Of a stretch of 64,000 nucleotides of DNA, positions 26,256 through 35,470 are shown in pieces. Within the stretch, counting starts at the first letter, position 1. Each line of letters starts with the position of its first letter. Both the position numbers and the translations under genes were made by a program. The notes beneath the pieces are model-generated. The model was not told the origin of the DNA. It did not search any database and saw only the letters and a program-made list of their open reading frames with translations. The stretch is from positions 18,033 through 82,032 of the forward strand of contig JAJRZA010000050.1 of assembly GCA_024275485.1 (NCBI GenBank), written 5' to 3'. This DNA is from Candidatus Krumholzibacteriota bacterium (GTDB lineage Bacteria; Krumholzibacteriota; Krumholzibacteriia; LZORAL124-64-63).

Positions 26256-28637
26256 ATGACCGGTTATCCTAAGGGTGCCACCAAGGCGCTGGGTTGGATG
26301 CTGACGTTGGCGGCCTTTGTAGGTGTGGTACCACCAACCATGGCCCTAGACGCCGACCACTTGATCCTAAGCGAGATCGTGGCTGAAACCCATCCCAACT
26401 TTATCAGCACGGGCAGTTCGTACATTCAGGTGGTCAACCCCACCGGCAGCCCTGTGACTATGGACCAGGTGTACATTACAAACGGTACATTCTTCAGTGC
26501 GGTCTATTATTACAACCTGCCTCTTGGCGATCCTGCCACCCACAATCCAGGCGGAGGCACAGGCGGGTCTTTCCACGCACGTTTTCCTTCAGGGTATGTG
26601 CTGGCTGCGGGGGACTCCCTGGCTATCTCCATTGATGGAAGTGATCATTACCTGGAAAGGTATGGTCGGTTGCCCGATTTCGAACTCTTTGAAGATGCAA
26701 ATGCACCGGATATGGTGCCAGAACTGCTGGAGGTCTTTCCCGGCTCCATCAATGCCGGCAGCATCGTGGGTGGGACCAATACTCCTGCCCTGGGAATTTC
26801 ATCCGGAACTGTAATTCTTTACACCTGGGATGGAGCTTCCGATCTGGTTCAGGACCTGGATTACCTGATCTGGGGGACCAACACTGGTGTGCGCGCGGAT
26901 AAAACCGGGGTGACAATCGGGTCGGAAACATACCTGGACGACACCCCCGTTGCCGACCAGGAACAAGTTCCAGGTGATGGGCCAAGATTGCGTCACTCCC
27001 TGCGCCGTATCAGCGCCGATGAAGGTTCTGAAAGCCTCAGTGGTGGCAATGGTGTCGATGGGCATGATGAAACCAGTGAGAATCTGGCAACCACCTGGCG
27101 AGATGTGGACTTTACGGTGGAAGGCCATGGTGTTCCTTCAGCACCCGGTAGCTTTCATCCTGCTGCCCCTATTTTTGTTGCCACCGGCATGAGCCCGGCC
27201 GCCCCCTCCGATGGACAGGAAGTTGTGCTGAGCGCGACCTTGGTCAGCAACAGCACCATCAGCAACGTTACTTTCCACTACACCGTTGATGGTGGCTCGT
27301 TGATTGATCTTGCAGGTGCCAACACCACTGGCGACGAATACGTCGCCACCGTTCCCGCCCAGGTTGCAGGTTCTGTTCTGGTTTGGTACGTCACCAGTGG
27401 GAACGCCGACGGTGGAATTGCTGTTTTTCCAGCGGCCGCACCTGCCTACTCTGGAAACTGGACCGTGGCCGAAGCCCCGAATCCCAGTGACTTCCCCGCC
27501 AAGCTCCTGATCACCGAGGTGGCTACTGTTGGCTCCGCCCAGGAATTTGTGGAGATTTACAATCCGGGCACCGAAGACGTCGACATGGGTAACTATTACC
27601 TGACCGACGCCAACTATTCCCCAGGCGGTCAATACTACTGGCGCATCACCGAAGGGACTCCTAATTCGGGAACAATCGGTGGTGGTGCCTTCAGCGATTT
27701 CCACAGCCAATTCCCCGAGGAATTCATCCTGGCGGCCGGAGATACCATTGTGGTTTCCGTGGCCGGCAGTCAGGACTTCTCGGCTTTCTATGGTTTCCTG
27801 CCCGACCTCGAATTGTATGAAGACGACGATTTCCCGGATATCGTTCAGGATATGCGCTGGGTATTTGGTGATGAAGTGGACAACAGCATCATCAACCGGA
27901 CCGGCAGCATCCCCTCGACACCGACCTTGTCCAACGGTGCCGAAACAGTGATTCTGTACCACTGGGACGGCACCAGCGATGGTATCACCGACATCGATGT
28001 CTTCCACTGGAAAGACTCGGAATCGACTACAACAAGTCACTTCTTCAACAAGACCAACGTGACTATCGGCAGCCATAGCTACCTGCCTGAAGTCGGAACC
28101 GGACTATCGACAACATTCCCTCTTGAGGCTTCCTTCGGACTGTCCTATCACCGCATTGATGCCACCGAAGGCAATCAATCGCCCTCCGGCAGCAATGGTG
28201 TCCTGGGTCGAGACGAAACCTCCGAAGATCTGTTTAACACCTTCGAACTTGCTGAATACGATCCAAGTCGCCCCAGCGAATCCGAAGGTGGCGGCGGCGG
28301 CACCATGGAACTGGTGGTGGAGGCCAAAACCTTCATCCCGACCATGGGTGAGTTGATGCCCATCCGCTTTGTCTCCAATGCCCGAAGTGAAACCAGGCTG
28401 CGCCTCTTTGACATGGAGGGCCGTCTGATATTCACTCTGTGGGACAGTCGGCGCAACGGCCCCCCCTCGGTTGTTCCCGGCGCCTACACCATCGTGAACT
28501 GGGACGGCAGGGATAATCATTACGAACGTGTGAGGGCGGGGTTGTACATCCTGCACCTGTCGGTGGTTGACAACCGCACCGGCGAAGAAGAAGTCCAAAC
28601 CGCGCCCGTGGTCGTTGCCACGCGGCTCAGCAAGTAG
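26256..28637 (+). CDS. Secreted protein with two lamin-tail-like domains and a C-terminal FlgD-Ig/T9SS-CTD-like domain
   Basis: Signal peptide; duplicated module LI(L/T)(S)E..(Y/F)(I/V)..NP....FH.(R/Q)FP...LAAGD...YG.LPD.EL.ED...DETSE; C-terminus LFDMEGR...WDGRD...AGLYILHL. Confidence 0.78.
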   Translation: MTGYPKGATKALGWMLTLAAFVGVVPPTMALDADHLILSEIVAETHPNFISTGSSYIQVVNPTGSPVTMDQVYITNGTFFSAVYYYNLPLGDPATHNPGGGTGGSFHARFPSGYVLAAGDSLAISIDGSDHYLERYGRLPDFELFEDANAPDMVPELLEVFPGSINAGSIVGGTNTPALGISSGTVILYTWDGASDLVQDLDYLIWGTNTGVRADKTGVTIGSETYLDDTPVADQEQVPGDGPRLRHSLRRISADEGSESLSGGNGVDGHDETSENLATTWRDVDFTVEGHGVPSAPGSFHPAAPIFVATGMSPAAPSDGQEVVLSATLVSNSTISNVTFHYTVDGGSLIDLAGANTTGDEYVATVPAQVAGSVLVWYVTSGNADGGIAVFPAAAPAYSGNWTVAEAPNPSDFPAKLLITEVATVGSAQEFVEIYNPGTEDVDMGNYYLTDANYSPGGQYYWRITEGTPNSGTIGGGAFSDFHSQFPEEFILAAGDTIVVSVAGSQDFSAFYGFLPDLELYEDDDFPDIVQDMRWVFGDEVDNSIINRTGSIPSTPTLSNGAETVILYHWDGTSDGITDIDVFHWKDSESTTTSHFFNKTNVTIGSHSYLPEVGTGLSTTFPLEASFGLSYHRIDATEGNQSPSGSNGVLGRDETSEDLFNTFELAEYDPSRPSESEGGGGGTMELVVEAKTFIPTMGELMPIRFVSNARSETRLRLFDMEGRLIFTLWDSRRNGPPSVVPGAYTIVNWDGRDNHYERVRAGLYILHLSVVDNRTGEEEVQTAPVVVATRLSK

Positions 28638-28649
28638 AGAGGGTGAGCG

Positions 28650-29540
28650 ATGTTTCGGAAACTAACTATTATCTGCATTCTGGCGGCGCTTGGCCTCAAC
28701 AGCAGCACCGCACTGGCGGTTTTTGAGGATATTGCCGTCAGTCCGCGTGCGCGGGCCATGGGCGAAGCCGGTTCTGCCGTCGTCGATGGTGCTTACGCCA
28801 CCTACCTGAACCCGGCGCACCTGGGTTTGACCACCACGGGTTCCATCGCCGCAAGCTATGTGAAACCCTTCCAGCTGACTTTCAACGACTACTACCACCT
28901 GGGGGCAGCCGTGCCCATCAGTCCCGGCAACGGGGCTTTCGGCATCAGCCTGACCCAGTTCAAGGTGGAGCACGAGAATGTCAAATTGCTGGAAGAAAAC
29001 CGTATCAGTTTGGGTTATGGAAGAGCCCTGTACAGTGACATGCACTCCCAGGTCGATCTGGGAGCTTCGGTCAACATGTACCACCTGAAATTCGGCGAGA
29101 CCACTTCGGGTCTCGACCCGGGCAATGATTCCGCCCTGGGTATTGATCTAGGCCTTTTGGTGACGGTTCACAAGCGCACCAGGTTGGGTGTGATGGTCAA
29201 GAACCTGAATAATCCCCAGATCGGTATCGACCAAGAAGAACTCGCCCATCGTGTGATTGGGGGCGTCAGCTACGAACCCTATGATGGCGTGATCACCACT
29301 TTTGAAATCGACAGCGAGCTCGGTCAGGATGTTCAGTACCGGGGTGGTGTCGAATTCTATGCGGCCCAGGGTTTTGCCCTGCGAGCCGGTATCGTCACCA
29401 AGCCCAACAAACTGACCGCGGGCTTTGGTTACACCCTGGATCGTTTCTCCCTGAACTATGGTTTTTCCACCGGCGGCGGGACCTTGGATAGCACTCACCA
29501 GTTCGGGCTGAACATTGCCTGGGGCGGTGAGACACAGTGA
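28650..29540 (+). CDS. PorV/PorQ/PorP-like outer-membrane beta-barrel
   Basis: Signal peptide, SPRARAMG...NPAHL N-terminal hatch, beta-strands, KNLNNP and THQFGL. Confidence 0.72.
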   Translation: MFRKLTIICILAALGLNSSTALAVFEDIAVSPRARAMGEAGSAVVDGAYATYLNPAHLGLTTTGSIAASYVKPFQLTFNDYYHLGAAVPISPGNGAFGISLTQFKVEHENVKLLEENRISLGYGRALYSDMHSQVDLGASVNMYHLKFGETTSGLDPGNDSALGIDLGLLVTVHKRTRLGVMVKNLNNPQIGIDQEELAHRVIGGVSYEPYDGVITTFEIDSELGQDVQYRGGVEFYAAQGFALRAGIVTKPNKLTAGFGYTLDRFSLNYGFSTGGGTLDSTHQFGLNIAWGGETQ

Positions 29541-32113
29541 GAAAAAACAATCACAGCAGCGGAGAAATCCGCCTGCGCGGGCTGCTGACCATGGGCTTTG
29601 TGCTCGTGGTGGCGCTGTCTGGTTTGCTGGCTTTGCCCAGCTTGCCCGGTGGCGGGGCAGCTTGGGCCGCGCAGGGTGGCAGTCCTCCCGTGGATTTGAA
29701 TTCGGCCTCCCTGGAAGAGGTGATGACCCTGCCCATCAGCGAAGAAGTGGCGCGCAACATCGTTCACTTCCGCACCTATATTCGTTTCTTCAGCAACGTT
29801 TACGAGCTGAGGGATGTCGATGGCGTCACGGTGGAGGTATTGAATACCCTCAAGCCCCTGGTGTCGACCATGCCACCACCTGACCAGGACGCTTCCATCG
29901 CCCGCCTGAGTGCAAGCTACCGCCAGGTGCAGCGCTATCTTGGGCAGGAAGGATCCAACGAGGGATTGGCTGATGAGTATCTGGACCGCATGCGTAGCCC
30001 GGGCAACGTCAACAACATGGACCTCTACGACCTGATGTCGTATCAAAATGTCTCGCCGGTGGATGCAACCAATATCCTAAAGGCTCGAGATCGACTTGGT
30101 CGTTTCGATAGCGCCCGCCAGCTCAGGCGCAGCGAAGGTTTGCGCTACTGGGCATTCCGCAACATGCGCGACTTCGTGGTTTATGACGATGAGGAGGTCC
30201 ACAGCGAGAAATCCAGCAACGTCAAAGGTTATTACCAAATCCGCTACCACGAAACTCCATTCAGCAACGATGACGACGAACTGGGAAAATTTGCCACCGG
30301 TGTGCCGCGAGGGCGTTTTGCCGTGGGGGATTATTATCTCTTCAAACCCGGCCTGCTGAATAAAATTCGCTTCCACACCAAAGAGGGTGTGGTGGGTGGT
30401 CTGCTGACCAACCGCGAATTTGGTGAAAAAAACTGGGATGAAACGGTCAAGGGATTTGTCGGCATTACCAACCTGCGCAACGAAAACGGCGGGATCAAGG
30501 GCATGTACTTCGGCAACTACCGCGTGGCTTTCGGTCTGGGTCTGGTTATGGACAACACCGATTACATCCACTACCGCAAAACCGGTTTCGGATTCAACAA
30601 ACGGCTGCTCGGCGTGCACGGCGATTTGAGTCGCAGTCACGAATACGCCCTGACCGGAGCCGCCATCGAAGGCTGGCTGGGCCCGGTGAACGCAACCTTC
30701 TTTGCCTCCAGTGGCAAGAAGGACGGTATCATGAATCCTGACGGAACCATCAACCGTTATGTCAACATGCAGCCCCGACCCAATGCCGACTGGCTGATTG
30801 AGCGCACCGTCGATATTGGGGAACCGGATGAAAGGCCCACTGACCTGCGCCGCGACGCCTTCAGCGAAAGTCTCATCGGCGGCAACGTCAAACTGATGCT
30901 CGCTCCCGGAACCTTCATCGGTTTGACCGGCTACGAGGCCCGTTACGACAAGGCCTGGCGCGCCGACGAAACCACGCTGGTTATGGCGTCGAACCTGGAC
31001 CTTCTCGAAGCCCGGGACAGCGAAATCTGGAACTCCTACACCAGCAGCTTCGAAAACGAAGACGGCACGGTGGACGAGTACAAGTGGCGTCGCGTGATGG
31101 GTGCCGAAGCCCAGGCTGTTTTCAATAACGTTTCAATTCAGGGGGAGTACGCTTTCCTCCAGGATCCTCGCAACAAGTTTTTCACCACCAGGAACCCCGA
31201 TGCCTACCTCATCAACGCTTTCAGCCAATGGAACAATCTGCACCTGCTGGCGATCTACCGCGATTATGATGTTGGCTTCGACAACCCGTACAACCGGGCC
31301 TTCAGCAACGACAACCGTTATGAAATGACGTTGCTGGATGCGCCTTATCGTTTGAACGACGATTTGTACACCTGGGTGGAAACCAATACGCCCGCGCCCA
31401 AACCCGAAAAGGGTATTTTTCTGGAGGCGCGTTACAGGATCAGTAGCAAGCTGATTCTCAGCGGGCTGCAATTCGACCAATGGACCCGCAAGGCCGATGG
31501 TGCCGATCTGATGCGATACACCATCAAGGGCGAATACCAGCCCAAGTTCAATCTGCGTTTCCGAGTGCGGCACCGTTTCAGCAGCCGCACTGAAAACAAC
31601 CCGGATGATGTGAGAACATTCAAAAACTGGGAAACGCGCTGGCAAATGATTGCCCTGTTGAGCAATTACAACCGGTTGGGCTTCACCTACATGACCAGCA
31701 ACGTGATGTTCCCGCCCCGGCCCCGTCTGGGGGGAACCCCCGTTCCTGGTGGCCTTCCTGCCGTGGGAACAGCCGGCAGTCCAGCCAGCGCTTTTGAGGT
31801 CCGCTACGAGCACAACATCACGCCGGGACTGAAATTCACCTTTGCTTCGTCGGTCTATGACGGGTTCCTCTGGAACTTTGAAGGCAACGAATTCGTGCTG
31901 CTGGATGGCAACGGATTCCGCAACTGGTTCAAGATTGAGAGCCGCGTTTCCGAACGCCTGCTTTTTCAACTGAAGATCACGCGCGATCACAACCTGCCCA
32001 AAACCTATGTGGATGTGCGTCGGTTCGGCGAACCTTCGGGACTCGACCCCGACGCCAGCTACGTACCCCAGGATGACACCATTGTCCGTCTGCAGATGGA
32101 TTACACGTTCTGA
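29537..32113 (+). CDS. ComEA-type helix-hairpin-helix domains fused to a large outer-membrane beta-barrel
   Basis: VDLNSASLEEVMTLP...FSNVYELRDVDGV and a second HhH NVNNMD...GRFDSARQL; GNYRVAFGLGLV; C-terminal LQMDYTF outer-membrane signature. Confidence 0.8.
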   Translation: MRKNNHSSGEIRLRGLLTMGFVLVVALSGLLALPSLPGGGAAWAAQGGSPPVDLNSASLEEVMTLPISEEVARNIVHFRTYIRFFSNVYELRDVDGVTVEVLNTLKPLVSTMPPPDQDASIARLSASYRQVQRYLGQEGSNEGLADEYLDRMRSPGNVNNMDLYDLMSYQNVSPVDATNILKARDRLGRFDSARQLRRSEGLRYWAFRNMRDFVVYDDEEVHSEKSSNVKGYYQIRYHETPFSNDDDELGKFATGVPRGRFAVGDYYLFKPGLLNKIRFHTKEGVVGGLLTNREFGEKNWDETVKGFVGITNLRNENGGIKGMYFGNYRVAFGLGLVMDNTDYIHYRKTGFGFNKRLLGVHGDLSRSHEYALTGAAIEGWLGPVNATFFASSGKKDGIMNPDGTINRYVNMQPRPNADWLIERTVDIGEPDERPTDLRRDAFSESLIGGNVKLMLAPGTFIGLTGYEARYDKAWRADETTLVMASNLDLLEARDSEIWNSYTSSFENEDGTVDEYKWRRVMGAEAQAVFNNVSIQGEYAFLQDPRNKFFTTRNPDAYLINAFSQWNNLHLLAIYRDYDVGFDNPYNRAFSNDNRYEMTLLDAPYRLNDDLYTWVETNTPAPKPEKGIFLEARYRISSKLILSGLQFDQWTRKADGADLMRYTIKGEYQPKFNLRFRVRHRFSSRTENNPDDVRTFKNWETRWQMIALLSNYNRLGFTYMTSNVMFPPRPRLGGTPVPGGLPAVGTAGSPASAFEVRYEHNITPGLKFTFASSVYDGFLWNFEGNEFVLLDGNGFRNWFKIESRVSERLLFQLKITRDHNLPKTYVDVRRFGEPSGLDPDASYVPQDDTIVRLQMDYTF

Positions 32114-32135
32114 TAGATCCGAGGAGTTTGGAGAG

Positions 32136-33476
32136 ATGCGTAAAAGAATTTCAATCAAAGCAATGACCGGAGCCATGGCTGCTCTGGCATTGTTCGGTCT
32201 ACTGGTGAGCGCCGTGCCCGCAGGTGCGGTTCCCCAAATAATGGCTGAATACGGTGATCAAATGGCCTGGCGTGGCGCCGACATCAATGCCATGGGTGGA
32301 ACCGGTGTGGCCCTTTATCGGGGTGCCATATCCAATATCTACAACCCAGCCATGCTGACGGGCGGCCCCAGTGATGGGCGTCTGGATATCAGTTTGTCCA
32401 TGGACCAGGAGCACGAAGACCGCTTTCAGCCCCTGTTTGATTCCTTCCAGAGTTGGGTGGCCGACGCAGCCATCGCCAGCAATCGCAACCATTACTGGCA
32501 GACGGGTTTCGGTATTGCCGGCGCGCCCCTGGGTGGGGAAACTCCCATCCGTGTGGGTCTGTCCCTGGTGGACCGCTACCCCTTCCAGTACAATTTCGAT
32601 GAGGAACTGCGCAATCCCAGCCCGTTCAATCCTGGTGACGACGAGCCCGCCCGCGACCAGATCATCGAAATGCGCCAACGGGAAGTTCGCGGTACCCTGC
32701 GCACCCTCTCTTTGGGTGTGGGTGCCGATGTTGACGATGAAATCGCCATCGGAATGGCCCTGCACTATGCCTTCGGCAGCCGGGAAGAAACCAACACCGT
32801 GCGCGACTACGTGACCGAGGCCAACAGCTACCACAACGTCACCAAATATGACATGAACGGAGTCAATTTCTCCCTGGGCGTGCGTGGCAAGATAAGTGAA
32901 CGGGTGGAGTTGGGCCTGGCCTATGAAAGCCAGCTCGCCACCACCGGTGACTACAGCGAATCCCTTTACGATCCCAGCCTCACCGCCGCGGATGAGACCA
33001 CATGGGGCGGCTACTTGCGCTATCCCAACATATATCGGGCAGGCCTGACATTCATGCCGCAGACCGATCCTCGCACCATCTTCACGGTGGAGATGGAGTA
33101 TTCGGCCTGGAGCGAGCTTGCGGACAGCGAAAATCCAGGGTACGATAACCCGCAAAACCTGCAGGATACCATGGATGTGCGCATTGGCCTGGAGCATCGT
33201 TTCTACAACGGTCTTCCCCTTCGTTTCGGGTTCCGTCATTACGACAGCTACGCCGATGCCGAAGCCTCCGCATCGGTATTTTCAGCCGGCACCGCTTTTG
33301 CCATTGGGCGGGGTGAGTTGGCGGTGTCCATGGAGTTGAGCAAGCTCACCTCCATACAGTCCCACCAGTTCCCGTACCCGGACAATTACTTCGGCGACAA
33401 TTTCACGTCCGATCCCGATGCCAGGGTAGAGGACACGAGATTCCGGATCGGTGTGGGCTACACGCAGAACTTTTAG
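32136..33476 (+). CDS. FadL/OmpP1-like outer-membrane transporter
   Basis: Signal peptide, AMGGTG...YNPAML hatch motif, beta-strands and C-terminal GYTQNF. Confidence 0.7.
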   Translation: MRKRISIKAMTGAMAALALFGLLVSAVPAGAVPQIMAEYGDQMAWRGADINAMGGTGVALYRGAISNIYNPAMLTGGPSDGRLDISLSMDQEHEDRFQPLFDSFQSWVADAAIASNRNHYWQTGFGIAGAPLGGETPIRVGLSLVDRYPFQYNFDEELRNPSPFNPGDDEPARDQIIEMRQREVRGTLRTLSLGVGADVDDEIAIGMALHYAFGSREETNTVRDYVTEANSYHNVTKYDMNGVNFSLGVRGKISERVELGLAYESQLATTGDYSESLYDPSLTAADETTWGGYLRYPNIYRAGLTFMPQTDPRTIFTVEMEYSAWSELADSENPGYDNPQNLQDTMDVRIGLEHRFYNGLPLRFGFRHYDSYADAEASASVFSAGTAFAIGRGELAVSMELSKLTSIQSHQFPYPDNYFGDNFTSDPDARVEDTRFRIGVGYTQNF

Positions 33477-33489
33477 GAGTTGAGAGCTG

Positions 33490-35235
33490 TTGAAAGCAGC
33501 TGAAAGCGAGAATGAGATGAGCATCAAACGCGGCACGATTTTTGGTTTCCTGCTGCTTTCCCTATGGATGTTGGCCGGCGTTGCCGGTGCGGCCGATGAC
33601 AAGAATGACGGCATCTTGCGGCTAAACCTCATATGGACCAATGATCTGCACGGGCACATCGCCCCGGAACCTGCCCGCTTCATGAACCCCGAATTCCCGC
33701 CGCCACTGGGTGGCGGCGCTTCGGCGGCTCGTTACATCAAGGAAATCCGCGCCAGGGCCGAGGCCAACGGCGAAGCTTTCCTTCTGGTTGATGTGGGTGA
33801 CATGTTCCAGGGCACACCTATAGGATCGAAGACCAAGGGCACTGCGGTCATCGAATATTTCAACGCCATTGGTTACGATTTTGCCGTTCCCGGCAACCAT
33901 GATTTCGACATGGGTAGGGAGAACACCGAGCGTCTGGCCCGCATGTCCAACTTTCCCTGGGTCTGTTGCAATCTGGCGGAGACCGAAACCGGCGAATTGG
34001 TTGATTGGGTTTTGCCGGACCTGATGCTCGATATGCAGGGCATCAAGATCGGAGTGGTGGGCATCATCACTCCATCCACCAAGACCATGAGTTTTCCCAA
34101 GAACGTCAATGGTTTGGACTTTATGAATATGCCCGAGCAGATTTCGGAACGCCGGGATATTCTACTCAGCGATGGCGCTGATTTGATCTTTCTGGCCATC
34201 CACGAGGGTTTGCCCTACGACCCGGACAGAGGCTGGAAGCGCATTGCAGGTGCCACCGAAACCGAAACCGCCGGGGAGAACCAGGGAACCTTCGGCAGCA
34301 ACTATTCGGCCAATGGCATGAACCTGATGGAGCTGGTGAATGAAGTACCTGGTATCGATTTTGCCGTGGGAGGGCACACGCATCGCGGGTATCATCTCCC
34401 CTGGATTGATCCGGTCAACCATACCATGTGCTTTGAGAGCTTTGGCAACGGCAGCAGCATCGGGCACGTCATTTTGTTGATCGACCGGGAGACCAAATCC
34501 CTGGTGGGATACGAAGGGTCTCACGATCGCGGCACTCTCATCACCCTCTTTGAAGATGAAATCTGGCCTGACGAGGAAATTGCCGAAGTCATTCGTCCTC
34601 ACCAGGAAAAAGCCCAGGAGGCCATGCGCAAAGTCGTTGGTACTTCGGCTTTCCCCCTGGGACGCGGCGGTCCTGGAGCCAATCTGGTGGGCAACCTGGT
34701 GACCGACGCCATGGTCGCCTATTTTGAAGCTGATTTCAGTTTCCAGAATATGGGTGGATTGCGGGCCGATTTACCAGGCGGCGATTTGACCAGCGGCGAC
34801 ATTTTCAGCGTGCTGCCCTTCGGCAACGAACTGGTGGTGGTGGAGATGGACGGCCGCCTGGTGCGCCGGATCATCGAACAAAAACTCGCTGGCCGCAGTG
34901 GCGGTATCTGCACCGGAGGTGCGAAAATCTTTTTCGACAAAACCCGACCCGATTTTGATCGGGTTGTGGAGTTGGAAATTGCCGGTGAACCCTGGAGTCC
35001 GGACCGGATTTACAAAGTGGTCTGCACCAGCTTTCTCATGGAGGGAAACAGCAACCTGGGATTCCTGACTGCCATTAGTCTGGATAAGGTCATGCCTACC
35101 GGTATTATCACTGCCGAGGCGGTGGAGCACTATCTCTCGGAGAATGACCCGGTGCGTCCCAAGGTGGATGATCGCTGGGTTGAAAAAACAGGGATGGCCC
35201 AGAAAGCTTATCTGGGTGTAGAGTATTTGCAGTAA
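33490..35235 (+). CDS. Exported bifunctional 5'-nucleotidase/UDP-sugar hydrolase (UshA-like)
   Basis: TNDLHG, DVGDMFQG, GNHDFD and GGHTH motifs; C-domain NMGGLR and LPFGN; signal peptide. Alternative start at 33517. Confidence 0.92.
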   Translation: MKAAESENEMSIKRGTIFGFLLLSLWMLAGVAGAADDKNDGILRLNLIWTNDLHGHIAPEPARFMNPEFPPPLGGGASAARYIKEIRARAEANGEAFLLVDVGDMFQGTPIGSKTKGTAVIEYFNAIGYDFAVPGNHDFDMGRENTERLARMSNFPWVCCNLAETETGELVDWVLPDLMLDMQGIKIGVVGIITPSTKTMSFPKNVNGLDFMNMPEQISERRDILLSDGADLIFLAIHEGLPYDPDRGWKRIAGATETETAGENQGTFGSNYSANGMNLMELVNEVPGIDFAVGGHTHRGYHLPWIDPVNHTMCFESFGNGSSIGHVILLIDRETKSLVGYEGSHDRGTLITLFEDEIWPDEEIAEVIRPHQEKAQEAMRKVVGTSAFPLGRGGPGANLVGNLVTDAMVAYFEADFSFQNMGGLRADLPGGDLTSGDIFSVLPFGNELVVVEMDGRLVRRIIEQKLAGRSGGICTGGAKIFFDKTRPDFDRVVELEIAGEPWSPDRIYKVVCTSFLMEGNSNLGFLTAISLDKVMPTGIITAEAVEHYLSENDPVRPKVDDRWVEKTGMAQKAYLGVEYLQ

Positions 35236-35294
35236 TATCTGACAATATTGCAATCTGATGCCGTAAATGCAGTTACAAAATAATATTCATGCTT

Positions 35295-35342
35295 AAGCCC
35301 GCCTCACAGTGACCGAAACCTTGGTCAGAGGCGGGTTTCTTT
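35295..35342 (+). terminator. Intrinsic terminator after the five-gene envelope operon
   Basis: CCCGCCTC..TGACC / GGTCA-GAGGCGGG stem followed by TTTCTTT. Confidence 0.6.
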
Positions 35343-35470
35343 GGGGACGGATCCTCAACCGAAAGCCAGTTTCTTCGCCGGTGGATCTTTTTCATGACAG
35401 GATCCACCGGAGGGACAAGGAAGTCCTAGGGCGGCACCAGGATAGTGCCAGAATCAAGGCGGACACGGAA

